Below are positions 6,629 to 14,152 of a stretch of 24,000 nt of DNA, piece after piece (position 1 is the first letter of the stretch; every line of letters begins with the position of its first letter). The notes beneath the pieces were generated by a model that ran no database searches, had not been told where the DNA came from, and saw only the letters and a list, made by a program, of their open reading frames with translations. The translations under genes were made by a program, and so were the position numbers. This DNA comes from Methylophaga sp. (lineage in GTDB: Bacteria; Pseudomonadota; Gammaproteobacteria; Nitrosococcales; Methylophagaceae): NCBI GenBank assembly GCA_048259785.1, contig JBLXHJ010000005.1, positions 1-24,000 of the forward strand. Direction: 5' to 3'.

Positions 6629-7849
6629 TTAACCTTTAAGTATAATTATGCGGTCAGAGGATATTCCTTTCACAGTACCTTCCTCAATAACCTGTCCAAG
6701 GAGTCTCAGATCATTAAGTAGCTCAGATGGACTATCGGTATAACTCCGGAATGTACTCGGATATTTAACTTTAATATTATTACCTTCAGATTTTGCGTAT
6801 TCTGGAGTAATACGTTTTTTTTGCATATCAATTTTGAGTCTTGCAACAAAGTTCTGAGGAGTTACCTCATCTTCCGGTTCAGGTGGGTAGTCTTCAATGC
6901 TTTGAGGTGGGTCATCCATTTTAGGTGGGATATCATTTGATGGTAATGGTTCTATCTGGCCACTTGAGGGGGTAATAGTTGTAGGTGTATCAATACCAGT
7001 ATGCCGCATATCTGTTTTTGCACTTGCTATCGATATTTCACCAGTATCCTTATCAATGAGCTCATTAGTAGAACTTTGAGGTTCGTTATTCTGTGTTCCT
7101 TCTTCAAGAGTATTCATTGCTGCTTCAAATGTGATTTCATCTCGAAGTGTCGATGTTGCCCTTACAATAATGGAATATAGAGGGTTATCTTGAATCTTTC
7201 GTGCGCCGGTGAGTATATCTAGCATACAGTCCATAAGCTCTAAATCACTGTAAATCCACTCAATACCGTGAATCGGTACAATATCTCGAATATGTAGAGC
7301 AGTAGTTGTATAGGAGAGTGACCTAGTTATTCCCTCTTCTTTCTTCATTCTGTAATGATGATATTCACCGATAGGATGTCTCCAACAAATCCATTCACCC
7401 GCGGCTTTATCTGCTTTAGTAAATCCTATTATTTTTACTCCAAGCATTTGACCGCCAAAATCTCTTAGAAGAGCGGTAATGAATAGTCCATACGTCCAAC
7501 ACTCTCCTCTATGCGATATTTCCTCTGGTTTGCATTTAAGGGGAAGCAATGTTCCTAGTCTGAGTTTTAGTGTGAGTGCAACACGCTTAATCGCAACTTC
7601 AATAGCGCCACCTTTCTTTGCATACTCTCCTTCATGCCCAAAAGGTCGCAATTGCAGCATCTCAGCAAGTCGCTCTAATGCAGGTAAATAATAATTATCA
7701 AAGTATTCTCGCGTACATCCGGCGTCATTTCTTATTTTTTTAATGAGTCGTTCATGAGGACTGAGCAGATCGCTTGCAGTTAGAAATGGTATTCCGTCTG
7801 ATGGAATTGTGGATGATGCAGGTGGGTTTTTTTTTCGTCGACCAAACAT
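6629..7849 (-). CDS. Divergent MobH/TraI_2-like protein (relaxase-like, catalytic signature not evident)
   Basis: 406 aa with GGAG 6 nt before the ATG. The N-terminal layout LLSPHERLIKKIRNDAGCTREYFDNYYLPALERLAEMLQLRPF...GGAIEVAI parallels the TraI_2 N-domain of PFGI-1-class relaxases. A Pro/Asp/Glu-rich linker occupies about aa 250-330. The C-terminal LKIDMQKKR... resembles TraI_2_C. The coding call is firm (about 0.85). The functional call is tentative. Confidence 0.5.
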   Translation of the reverse strand: MFGRRKKNPPASSTIPSDGIPFLTASDLLSPHERLIKKIRNDAGCTREYFDNYYLPALERLAEMLQLRPFGHEGEYAKKGGAIEVAIKRVALTLKLRLGTLLPLKCKPEEISHRGECWTYGLFITALLRDFGGQMLGVKIIGFTKADKAAGEWICWRHPIGEYHHYRMKKEEGITRSLSYTTTALHIRDIVPIHGIEWIYSDLELMDCMLDILTGARKIQDNPLYSIIVRATSTLRDEITFEAAMNTLEEGTQNNEPQSSTNELIDKDTGEISIASAKTDMRHTGIDTPTTITPSSGQIEPLPSNDIPPKMDDPPQSIEDYPPEPEDEVTPQNFVARLKIDMQKKRITPEYAKSEGNNIKVKYPSTFRSYTDSPSELLNDLRLLGQVIEEGTVKGISSDRIIILKG

Positions 7850-7907
7850 CTTTGTCTCCGGGGTGTAAGTCCGGCAAATTTAGATGTTTAAGCAATAAAT
7901 GTGTAGG

Positions 7908-7936
7908 AATAACCGGATATTGGTCAATGCCGGTTA
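7908..7936. repeat. Hairpin repeat copy A: AATAACCGGATATTGGTC-aat-GCCGGTTA
   Basis: 26/29 nt identical to 21271-21299, with an 18-nt exact core. The arms TAACCGG/CCGGTTA can pair. It lies 58 nt upstream of the MobH-like start. Confidence 0.7.
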
Positions 7937-7972
7937 GATAATGTGAATAAGGGATTAAGGTATCATCAAAGG

Positions 7973-8002
7973 AAAAGCCCCACTCAATTTCTGAATGGGG
8001 CT
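7973..8002 (-). terminator. Intrinsic terminator after the 140-aa gene
   Basis: Minus strand: AGCCCCAtTCA-gaaat-TGAgTGGGGCT followed by UUUUCCUUU. It lies 8 nt downstream of the stop at 8010. Confidence 0.6.
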
Positions 8003-8009
8003 GGCATGT

Positions 8010-8432
8010 CTACACGTACTGAAGCTTTTTAGCATCGAACGATACTGTAGCAGGTTCAAACCGGGGTGGCTTAACCGTAACGCCTTTATTGTTAATATTT
8101 TCTATCATGTACCAAGCGTGCTGGTTATCATCAAAAAAATAGGATAAACGCGTCTTCATTCCTTTACTGTCCAGGCATACTGTTGTGTCATATTGAAACA
8201 AACTCAAATCACCTTCTGGCTTCCAAGTTGTGCTCTCCTCACTATTTGGATTTAAGCGCAGTAAAAGAGGTGATAACAACAATTTTACTGGTGATAAAAA
8301 CAACCTTGATAGTACCGTTTGATGTGTATCAGGATCGTATTTTCCTTGGCGTTGCAGTGAAGCAATGACTTTTTGGTCGTAACAAAAAACAAGAAAAGCA
8401 GTAGTGGCTAATGTGGGAATGATATCTTGCAT
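8010..8432 (-). CDS. Hypothetical protein (140 aa)
   Basis: GAGGAG lies 8 nt before the ATG and the gene has its own terminator. No recognisable motif. Confidence 0.6.
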   Translation of the reverse strand: MQDIIPTLATTAFLVFCYDQKVIASLQRQGKYDPDTHQTVLSRLFLSPVKLLLSPLLLRLNPNSEESTTWKPEGDLSLFQYDTTVCLDSKGMKTRLSYFFDDNQHAWYMIENINNKGVTVKPPRFEPATVSFDAKKLQYV

Positions 8433-8456
8433 CTTTCTTTCTCCTCAAAGTTGATT

Positions 8457-8518
8457 AAAACAACCCATGGAGATAGATCTATCCCCCATAAGGAGAGATA
8501 AATCCCCTTATGGGTTGA
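8457..8518 (-). promoter_or_regulatory. Structured leader E2, homologous to E1
   Basis: Minus-strand RNA: CAACCCAUAAGGGGA-UUUAUC-UCUCCUUAUGGG (12 bp), then GGGGAUA-GAUC-UAUCUCC. A distal AUGGGUUG can pair with CAACCCAU and is followed by UUUU. The U-run ends 10 nt before the GAGGAG of the 140-aa gene. Confidence 0.4.
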
Positions 8519-8905
8519 TGCTTCCATACATCCGTAGAGGTATGGGAATTAACATCGTAACCGGTCTATAAGCAGTTACATATGGGCACAACATGAAGTG
8601 GTTGTGGCACTTCCTGTAACTAAATTCTATAGTTACAAAGAAGACTGAATCATATCGCTTTATATAAACCCATTCAAGCTAATACCATTGTTTTTGAGTA
8701 CACAGAATATGAACTAGTAGACACTTCTTTTATTAAGCTCTATAGATTGTGTTCTCAGAGCTTGCGCTATCAACGAAGCGTTATAAACTTATAGTTATAA
8801 ACATTCACAAGAATATAATCATTGTTAGCACTGTAACAGGCTGCACAAAAGACCTTGATTGTTGCTTTCTGACTGGATGTGTTCAACATTAAAGGTTTAT
8901 TAATC

Positions 8906-9436
8906 ATGAGTGATATAACAACAGTTTTTCTTCTAGTAATAGCTTTCATAACTATTCCAGGATGGCTATTCATGTTTTACAAAAAAATAACTGCAGAAGT
9001 ACATGAGCAGTCGATTCCTTATAGACTAAAACCAATGGTTAAGTTAATGCCATTTATTGCTGCCATTACTGTTGCTATAGCCCTGTTACTGGCAATATTC
9101 GATGTTTTTGTGAGGGTAGCCCCATTCTTTTTCTTAGCATCATTAGTCGCTGTCGGATTACAAATCTTGTTCATACTCGTTGCACTGATAAGTAAAACTG
9201 CTCGCCACAAAGCGATTAATTCTACTGAGGGCAAGTTCATGGTTGTTTTAGCCTTATTGACGTGGGCCGCAATCAAGTTTTCATGGCAGACATTCAGATA
9301 CGTTTTGAAACTACATGCAAAAAGCACCTCAGCTTCTGGTCGAGATTACCAAGACACTAATGCCTTTGGTTATCATGGTTATCAGTCATATTCTGAACAA
9401 GGTCGAAGAATGTCTAGTAACCCTGAAGATAAATAA
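8906..9436 (+). CDS. Polytopic membrane protein (about 4 TM) with a Ser/Gly/Tyr/Gln-rich C-terminal tail
   Basis: I prefer the ATG at 8906 (AAAGG upstream) over the GTG at 8879. Hydrophobic segments include TTVFLLVIAFITIPGWLFMF, LMPFIAAITVAIALLLAIF, FFFLASLVAVGLQILFILVALI and FMVVLALLTWAAI. It is the only plus-strand gene in the 6.1-24 kb stretch. Confidence 0.6.
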   Translation: MSDITTVFLLVIAFITIPGWLFMFYKKITAEVHEQSIPYRLKPMVKLMPFIAAITVAIALLLAIFDVFVRVAPFFFLASLVAVGLQILFILVALISKTARHKAINSTEGKFMVVLALLTWAAIKFSWQTFRYVLKLHAKSTSASGRDYQDTNAFGYHGYQSYSEQGRRMSSNPEDK

Positions 9437-9438
9437 AA

Positions 9439-9463
9439 AGTAAGAGAGCATAGCTCTCTTACT
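9439..9463. terminator. Bidirectional intrinsic terminator
   Basis: AGTAAGAGAGC-ata-GCTCTCTTACT is a perfect 11-bp stem. It is flanked by AAATAAAAA and ATTATTTT. It lies between the convergent stops at 9436 (+) and 9465 (-). Confidence 0.7.
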
Positions 9464-9464
9464 A

Positions 9465-11015
9465 TTATTTTGTTAGAGCATTTTCAGCCAATGAACTACC
9501 TTTCTGACCGGCGCTTTTACCCTCATCAGCTATATTTGACGATGCTGACGTAGGTGCAGATGCGCCATGCTCTCCAGCCCAGCCTAACATTTGCAAAAAG
9601 TAATAAGGTACAGCTGTATAAATTCCAAGCATAATAATATCTATCATTGATGCCATGAGCTGATTTTGATGATCGAAAAATCCCATTATCCCAGTGTTAC
9701 CACTAGCTTCACTCAAGACCTGAGCTAATTTATTATCAAGAAAGTCGGCAACAGCCCATATAGATGTCCAGAACTTAACTGCAAATATTGTTATGGTTGC
9801 TGTCTTAATAGTACTCCATGAATAGTTACCAACTATAAGAACCCAAGGTAATAAAAAATATGTGGTCATCAACATGGTTGCTTGAACATATGGGGCCATT
9901 TGTGTAACCGCATAAGTTACTGGAGCGATAAGAACTTCTGCCAACCAAACACCAGCCGTTCCAATGATCGCGCCACCAACATCATAAATGGCATCCGTGA
10001 AACTTTCTCTATCTAGGTCACTAGTCTTCCCATTCCCACTGATATCTAGGCCTTTAGTCATTTCTGGACCTTCATTCTTTAACATTTGCCTGATAGCTTG
10101 ATTTTCTGCTTCGAGACTAGATTCAGCAGTCCATGTAGTTATTTTATGCATTAAAGGGGCAGGAAATTCTTCTACAAGTCCAGCCTTGATACCTTGTGGA
10201 GAGTTCCACCACTCGCTACAACTAGGATATCCATATTCAGGTGTAGCACCCTCTTGATCTTTTGAGACATATGCCTTGTCACTCTCTCGGTTTTTATCAA
10301 ATCTGAAACCAGGAACTTGATGTTTCGCATAGGCTGAATTGTAATAGTTTTGGTTAAAGTACTTCGAGCCTGGCCAGTCTATATCATTAATTTCAAATTC
10401 TTCCGGCAATTGTCTTCGTTCATTATAAAAATCAGCTACAGCAGGTTTGTAGCATTCCTTTACGAATCTTTCTGTTTGTCTTTTTAGATGAGGATTTTGA
10501 ATATTTGTAGAAGACATCTCATACGCCGCCTGACGCATGTTGATTTCACAAGGTAATCGAACAATAACGGCATCATTTATACCACCAGTGATAGACATAA
10601 CTATATAGAACCATGGTGGTGCTTTAGCCTCCTGATTATTCAATAGATTTGATTTGAAAATCGAGTCAAATCTTGTGCCCGAGTTTCCAGCTTTTATTGT
10701 CTCACCGGGAGTTCCTGTATCAGCTTGGCAGGCCTTAGTATAGGAAATGGCACCGAATTGGATGGTCATATAGGGTGACACAGCAAGTATCATCATAAAG
10801 ATGAGTCTAATGATGTCTATCTCTAGTCGTCTAAGTGATGTAACAGCAGCAGCTTTTGCTTCTTGGCTTTCAATCGGTTTGATAACATTATCGATTATGA
10901 CCGCGAAGAAAGGTAGATACGCTATACCAGTGCTAGATATTATCCCCCACACTATTTCATACAAATGCCACCCAAAAGTGGTCATAAACATCTCAATAAA
11001 ACTACCGGTAGCCAT
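9465..11015 (-). CDS. traG: TraG_N-domain-like conjugal transfer membrane protein
   Basis: 516 aa. N- and C-terminal hydrophobic blocks flank a large soluble loop. It is the last gene of the transfer train, as in PFGI-1-class ICEs. Assigned by architecture and synteny. Confidence 0.7.
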   Translation of the reverse strand: MATGSFIEMFMTTFGWHLYEIVWGIISSTGIAYLPFFAVIIDNVIKPIESQEAKAAAVTSLRRLEIDIIRLIFMMILAVSPYMTIQFGAISYTKACQADTGTPGETIKAGNSGTRFDSIFKSNLLNNQEAKAPPWFYIVMSITGGINDAVIVRLPCEINMRQAAYEMSSTNIQNPHLKRQTERFVKECYKPAVADFYNERRQLPEEFEINDIDWPGSKYFNQNYYNSAYAKHQVPGFRFDKNRESDKAYVSKDQEGATPEYGYPSCSEWWNSPQGIKAGLVEEFPAPLMHKITTWTAESSLEAENQAIRQMLKNEGPEMTKGLDISGNGKTSDLDRESFTDAIYDVGGAIIGTAGVWLAEVLIAPVTYAVTQMAPYVQATMLMTTYFLLPWVLIVGNYSWSTIKTATITIFAVKFWTSIWAVADFLDNKLAQVLSEASGNTGIMGFFDHQNQLMASMIDIIMLGIYTAVPYYFLQMLGWAGEHGASAPTSASSNIADEGKSAGQKGSSLAENALTK

Positions 11016-11018
11016 AAT

Positions 11019-11381
11019 TTAACTCAATAGTTGGGCAGGAAGAGCTTCTACGACAAAGATATCGAAAGCGATAATATAAGCAGCAATTCGCCAGCGCATA
11101 TTTTTTGCGTATAAAGTCTGTGATTCATCTAGCTTTTTGTAACTAGCTATAGCTTGGATAATTTCATCCCAGAAGATAATGATGACTGCTAGAAGTAACC
11201 ATCTTAAATATCGTAATTTCGACTCTATAGAACCCATTGCTTGAAGTAATGCAGTCGCTGTTTCTTGTGTTTCTGCAACTACATTTAATAGACCGTACGA
11301 CACGATAATCACTAATGTCGTTATCACAAGGAATTTTAATGATCCCTTTAAATATCGATGTGCTCTTTTCGATTCAGCCAT
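11019..11381 (-). CDS. Small inner-membrane protein of the transfer operon (120 aa)
   Basis: 3-4 TM segments. The ATG overlaps the upstream stop (TAATG). The stop lies 3 nt before the traG-like start. Confidence 0.6.
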   Translation of the reverse strand: MAESKRAHRYLKGSLKFLVITTLVIIVSYGLLNVVAETQETATALLQAMGSIESKLRYLRWLLLAVIIIFWDEIIQAIASYKKLDESQTLYAKNMRWRIAAYIIAFDIFVVEALPAQLLS

Positions 11382-12736
11382 TATTCTTTCTCAGAATCGA
11401 TAGTTTGATTAGGCGTGTTGCTGCGTCCAGTTGGGGTACTAACTGCATTGCCAATACGCTCTTTTAGTGCATCAATGTCTCTAATTGTTTGTGATGTTGA
11501 TGACGCTAAACGTTTATTCATTTCATGTTCGAATAGTGTTTCGTCAATTGACTGCTGGAGGCGGTCAGTATATTTCTGGGCAGATTCTTGTGCTGGTCCA
11601 TTTTGTGAAACATTAGGTTCTTGTGAGCCTGAGCCAAGAAGCCTGATCAGCATCAATGCTTTCTCAATCACTATTGCAGTTGCAACCTCTAGTATTAAAC
11701 GATTCTTAAGAATAGTTCTCTCTGCAGGTGTCATCTTCCTCAAAGATTGAATAGTGCCGGATGTTATGACTACGCTGGGAGAGGATATAGCCAGCAAGTT
11801 ATCACCGCTTAATTCCATACTCCCATCGATTAAAGCATCATATTTTGGAGTTAACCTTTCGACTTCTTTATTGATTTCAAATGCCATACCTCTAGAAGGT
11901 ACTGTCTCTGTAGGTCGGACGGAATAAGTTCTTATCTTCTCTTCACCTAGTAATGACCGACTGAAGACCATCAGTTCATTTGGGGAGGTCCATAGTTCAG
12001 CAACTCTACCGCTATTATTTGGAGCAGCCATATTTGAATTTGCACCACGATTTAAGGCTTGGTTATAGCCTGCTTTAACGATATCTGTTGGTATGTTGAT
12101 TGGTCTTTGCCCTCTCCCTCCAGCCTTGGTTCCTTCAAGCCAGGTAACACCGTTATCGCCGTTATTCTTTTCTACCGTTTCTTGGGCTTCAACAACATCT
12201 ACCGATGCACTTCTATAACCTCCATTACCCATCTGGTCTTTCCAGTCGTGTGTGCGAGAGATATCAATCCATCCTTCCAAGGGGTTTCCTCCTTGAGAAA
12301 TGGTCTTTTGCATTTGTTCGCAGCTTTGTGTTGAGACTCTGATGCCTTGTTCTGCTCTCGCCATACTATTCATTAGCATTTCGTATAGACCAGGATTGGC
12401 ACGTTGAAGCATTAAAAGAGGTAGTGAGGCAATTGCTCCAGTAGCAGCGTCAGTTACCTGTTGTTGAATTGCATCAACACCATTTTTTACTTGGTTCAAC
12501 GTATTAGCGACGCCAAGAGTTGGATCAAATGCACTACAATTGAAGCCACTACCCCAATCAAGTGATCCTCCAAGAATTATGCTGTTTGTAATAGGTGAAG
12601 CAGGCGCTGAAATTGAGCGTTGACCACCAATGCTGTAATACCAACCCGAATTTGAATCAGGAATTTGTAATCCGACGGCTGTGGCATTTGCAGAGAACAT
12701 GAGTGAAGTAACTAATGCTAAATATTTATGTTTCAA
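11381..12736 (-). CDS. Exported ICE transfer protein (TIGR03755-like position; possibly TraH-like)
   Basis: The track start at 12868 would overlap the upstream gene by 122 nt. The TTG at 12736 has AAGGA 7 nt upstream and lies 10 nt after the upstream stop. That start exposes the signal peptide KHKYLALVTSLMFSANATA. Family assigned by synteny only. Confidence 0.65.
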   Translation of the reverse strand: MKHKYLALVTSLMFSANATAVGLQIPDSNSGWYYSIGGQRSISAPASPITNSIILGGSLDWGSGFNCSAFDPTLGVANTLNQVKNGVDAIQQQVTDAATGAIASLPLLMLQRANPGLYEMLMNSMARAEQGIRVSTQSCEQMQKTISQGGNPLEGWIDISRTHDWKDQMGNGGYRSASVDVVEAQETVEKNNGDNGVTWLEGTKAGGRGQRPINIPTDIVKAGYNQALNRGANSNMAAPNNSGRVAELWTSPNELMVFSRSLLGEEKIRTYSVRPTETVPSRGMAFEINKEVERLTPKYDALIDGSMELSGDNLLAISSPSVVITSGTIQSLRKMTPAERTILKNRLILEVATAIVIEKALMLIRLLGSGSQEPNVSQNGPAQESAQKYTDRLQQSIDETLFEHEMNKRLASSTSQTIRDIDALKERIGNAVSTPTGRSNTPNQTIDSEKE

Positions 12737-12746
12737 AATGCGGTCC

Positions 12747-13733
12747 TTATGGGTAAGACATGAAATTAACGCTATATAGAAAAAATTGGCCTTTTCTTTC
12801 ACAGCATTGATAAGGACGCCATAACGTCCAAGCATAGTTGCCGGTTGAGGCGTTATTACCATTACCATCCCAACCAGCTAGAGAAGTAGTGTCGTTATCA
12901 CCGAATACAGTGCAGCTATTTGATTTTTTGGGAGCGAGCATCTGCCATTTTCCATGTTTTTCAGAGTTTTCCTCCAATGCTCCTGGTGGCCATATGCGTC
13001 CGTTATAGCTTGGCGTGCCAGATAAAGACTGATAGACATGTGGCTGCCCACTTCGTGTAACAATATCGCCAACACGCTGAGCTATTACTGCTGCTGCTTT
13101 TGCATCAGATGATTGAGAGATAAAACCACTACGAGGGTAAACAGATCCCCATGTGTTGGCTGGGTAGTTTCCTATCTCTCTTCTTCCAGGAATAAGAGCA
13201 TCTGGATAGGCTGTTTCAGGGATTCCAAGACGCCAGGCAATAGAATCTGTTCCTGATACAAAATAAGGATTGAACGCCGTCGCTTGTGAAGGACAACTAT
13301 AGCTAAATGAGATTGATGAAACTGGATGTCCAATAGCATCACTGGACTTAAATTTCAGCGTGTTTAGATCGTTTCCCTTACTAGTTTGATTACTTCCTGC
13401 GTCTATAGAAGCAGCTTGATTTATTAGTGAGCCCACGGCGGACTGAGATACATTGCCAACTATACTATTCGCCTCAGTCCATGGATTACTTCCAATTCCA
13501 TTATGAGCACTTACGACAATATCTGGGTTGTGATGAGCAATTTTAGGTGATGTTTCAACATCGCAGCCATGACTAGTACACCTCAGCCAAAAACATACTC
13601 CAACCAATCTATAATCTATACATGAAGCGCTCGCTGCAGAAGCTATAATGTCAGCGGTATTGATAGTCTCTGAGTCAGCGTTTACTGTAAACGGAAGTAA
13701 AGCAGATAAAGTAATTACTAAGGCCTTATTCAT
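12747..13733 (-). CDS. Exported Cys-rich ICE transfer protein (TIGR03756-like, TraU-like)
   Basis: 328 aa with signal peptide MNKALVITLSALLPFTVNA. It carries the motif CIDYRLVGVCFWLRC..HGC. Position follows the DUF1525-like gene as in the PFGI-1 class. Confidence 0.7.
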   Translation of the reverse strand: MNKALVITLSALLPFTVNADSETINTADIIASAASASCIDYRLVGVCFWLRCTSHGCDVETSPKIAHHNPDIVVSAHNGIGSNPWTEANSIVGNVSQSAVGSLINQAASIDAGSNQTSKGNDLNTLKFKSSDAIGHPVSSISFSYSCPSQATAFNPYFVSGTDSIAWRLGIPETAYPDALIPGRREIGNYPANTWGSVYPRSGFISQSSDAKAAAVIAQRVGDIVTRSGQPHVYQSLSGTPSYNGRIWPPGALEENSEKHGKWQMLAPKKSNSCTVFGDNDTTSLAGWDGNGNNASTGNYAWTLWRPYQCCERKGQFFLYSVNFMSYP

Positions 13734-14152
13734 TATTTACCTACCTTTCCGTAGTAGATTTTTATTGCCTTGTTAACATCACTTTCACCATAGATTACTT
13801 GTTGACCGTTATTAAATACGACAGCAGGTAATTTAGTTATTTCATACTGCATGGCTTTAAGAGAGCCCTCATAGGCAGAAATCAATTGGGATTGAATTTC
13901 ATTTCCTTGAGCCAGGATTCGTTCTTTTGCTTGTTTCTGAGCAATTAACGGATCTGAAGAAAGTCCTTTACTCAATTTTTCATTGAATCTATCAGGCGCA
14001 CTCAGATCATATGTTGTCAGTAATGACACTCTCTCAGCTAGATGAACATTAATTAGTCGAGTATTTTTATCGTAGAAGGCTTCTACGATAAGTTGATTGG
14101 CATATGTAAAGTTGGATGATAACAATAATAAAATAAATGTCAGCTTATGCAT
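13733..14152 (-). CDS. Periplasmic ICE transfer protein (TIGR03757/DUF1525-like)
   Basis: I prefer the ATG at 14152, which overlaps the ATPase stop region by 8 nt. That start exposes the signal peptide MHKLTFILLLLSSNFTYA. The C-terminal KLPAVVFNNGQQVIYGESDVNKAI matches the recalled family motif. Confidence 0.7.
   Translation of the reverse strand: MHKLTFILLLLSSNFTYANQLIVEAFYDKNTRLINVHLAERVSLLTTYDLSAPDRFNEKLSKGLSSDPLIAQKQAKERILAQGNEIQSQLISAYEGSLKAMQYEITKLPAVVFNNGQQVIYGESDVNKAIKIYYGKVGK

Noticed and set aside
8770-8973. 67-aa minus-strand ORF overlapping the start of the plus-strand membrane protein
   Set aside because: It overlaps the better-supported 8906-9436 gene. It has no RBS and no motif. 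It lies in a promoter-type intergenic region.
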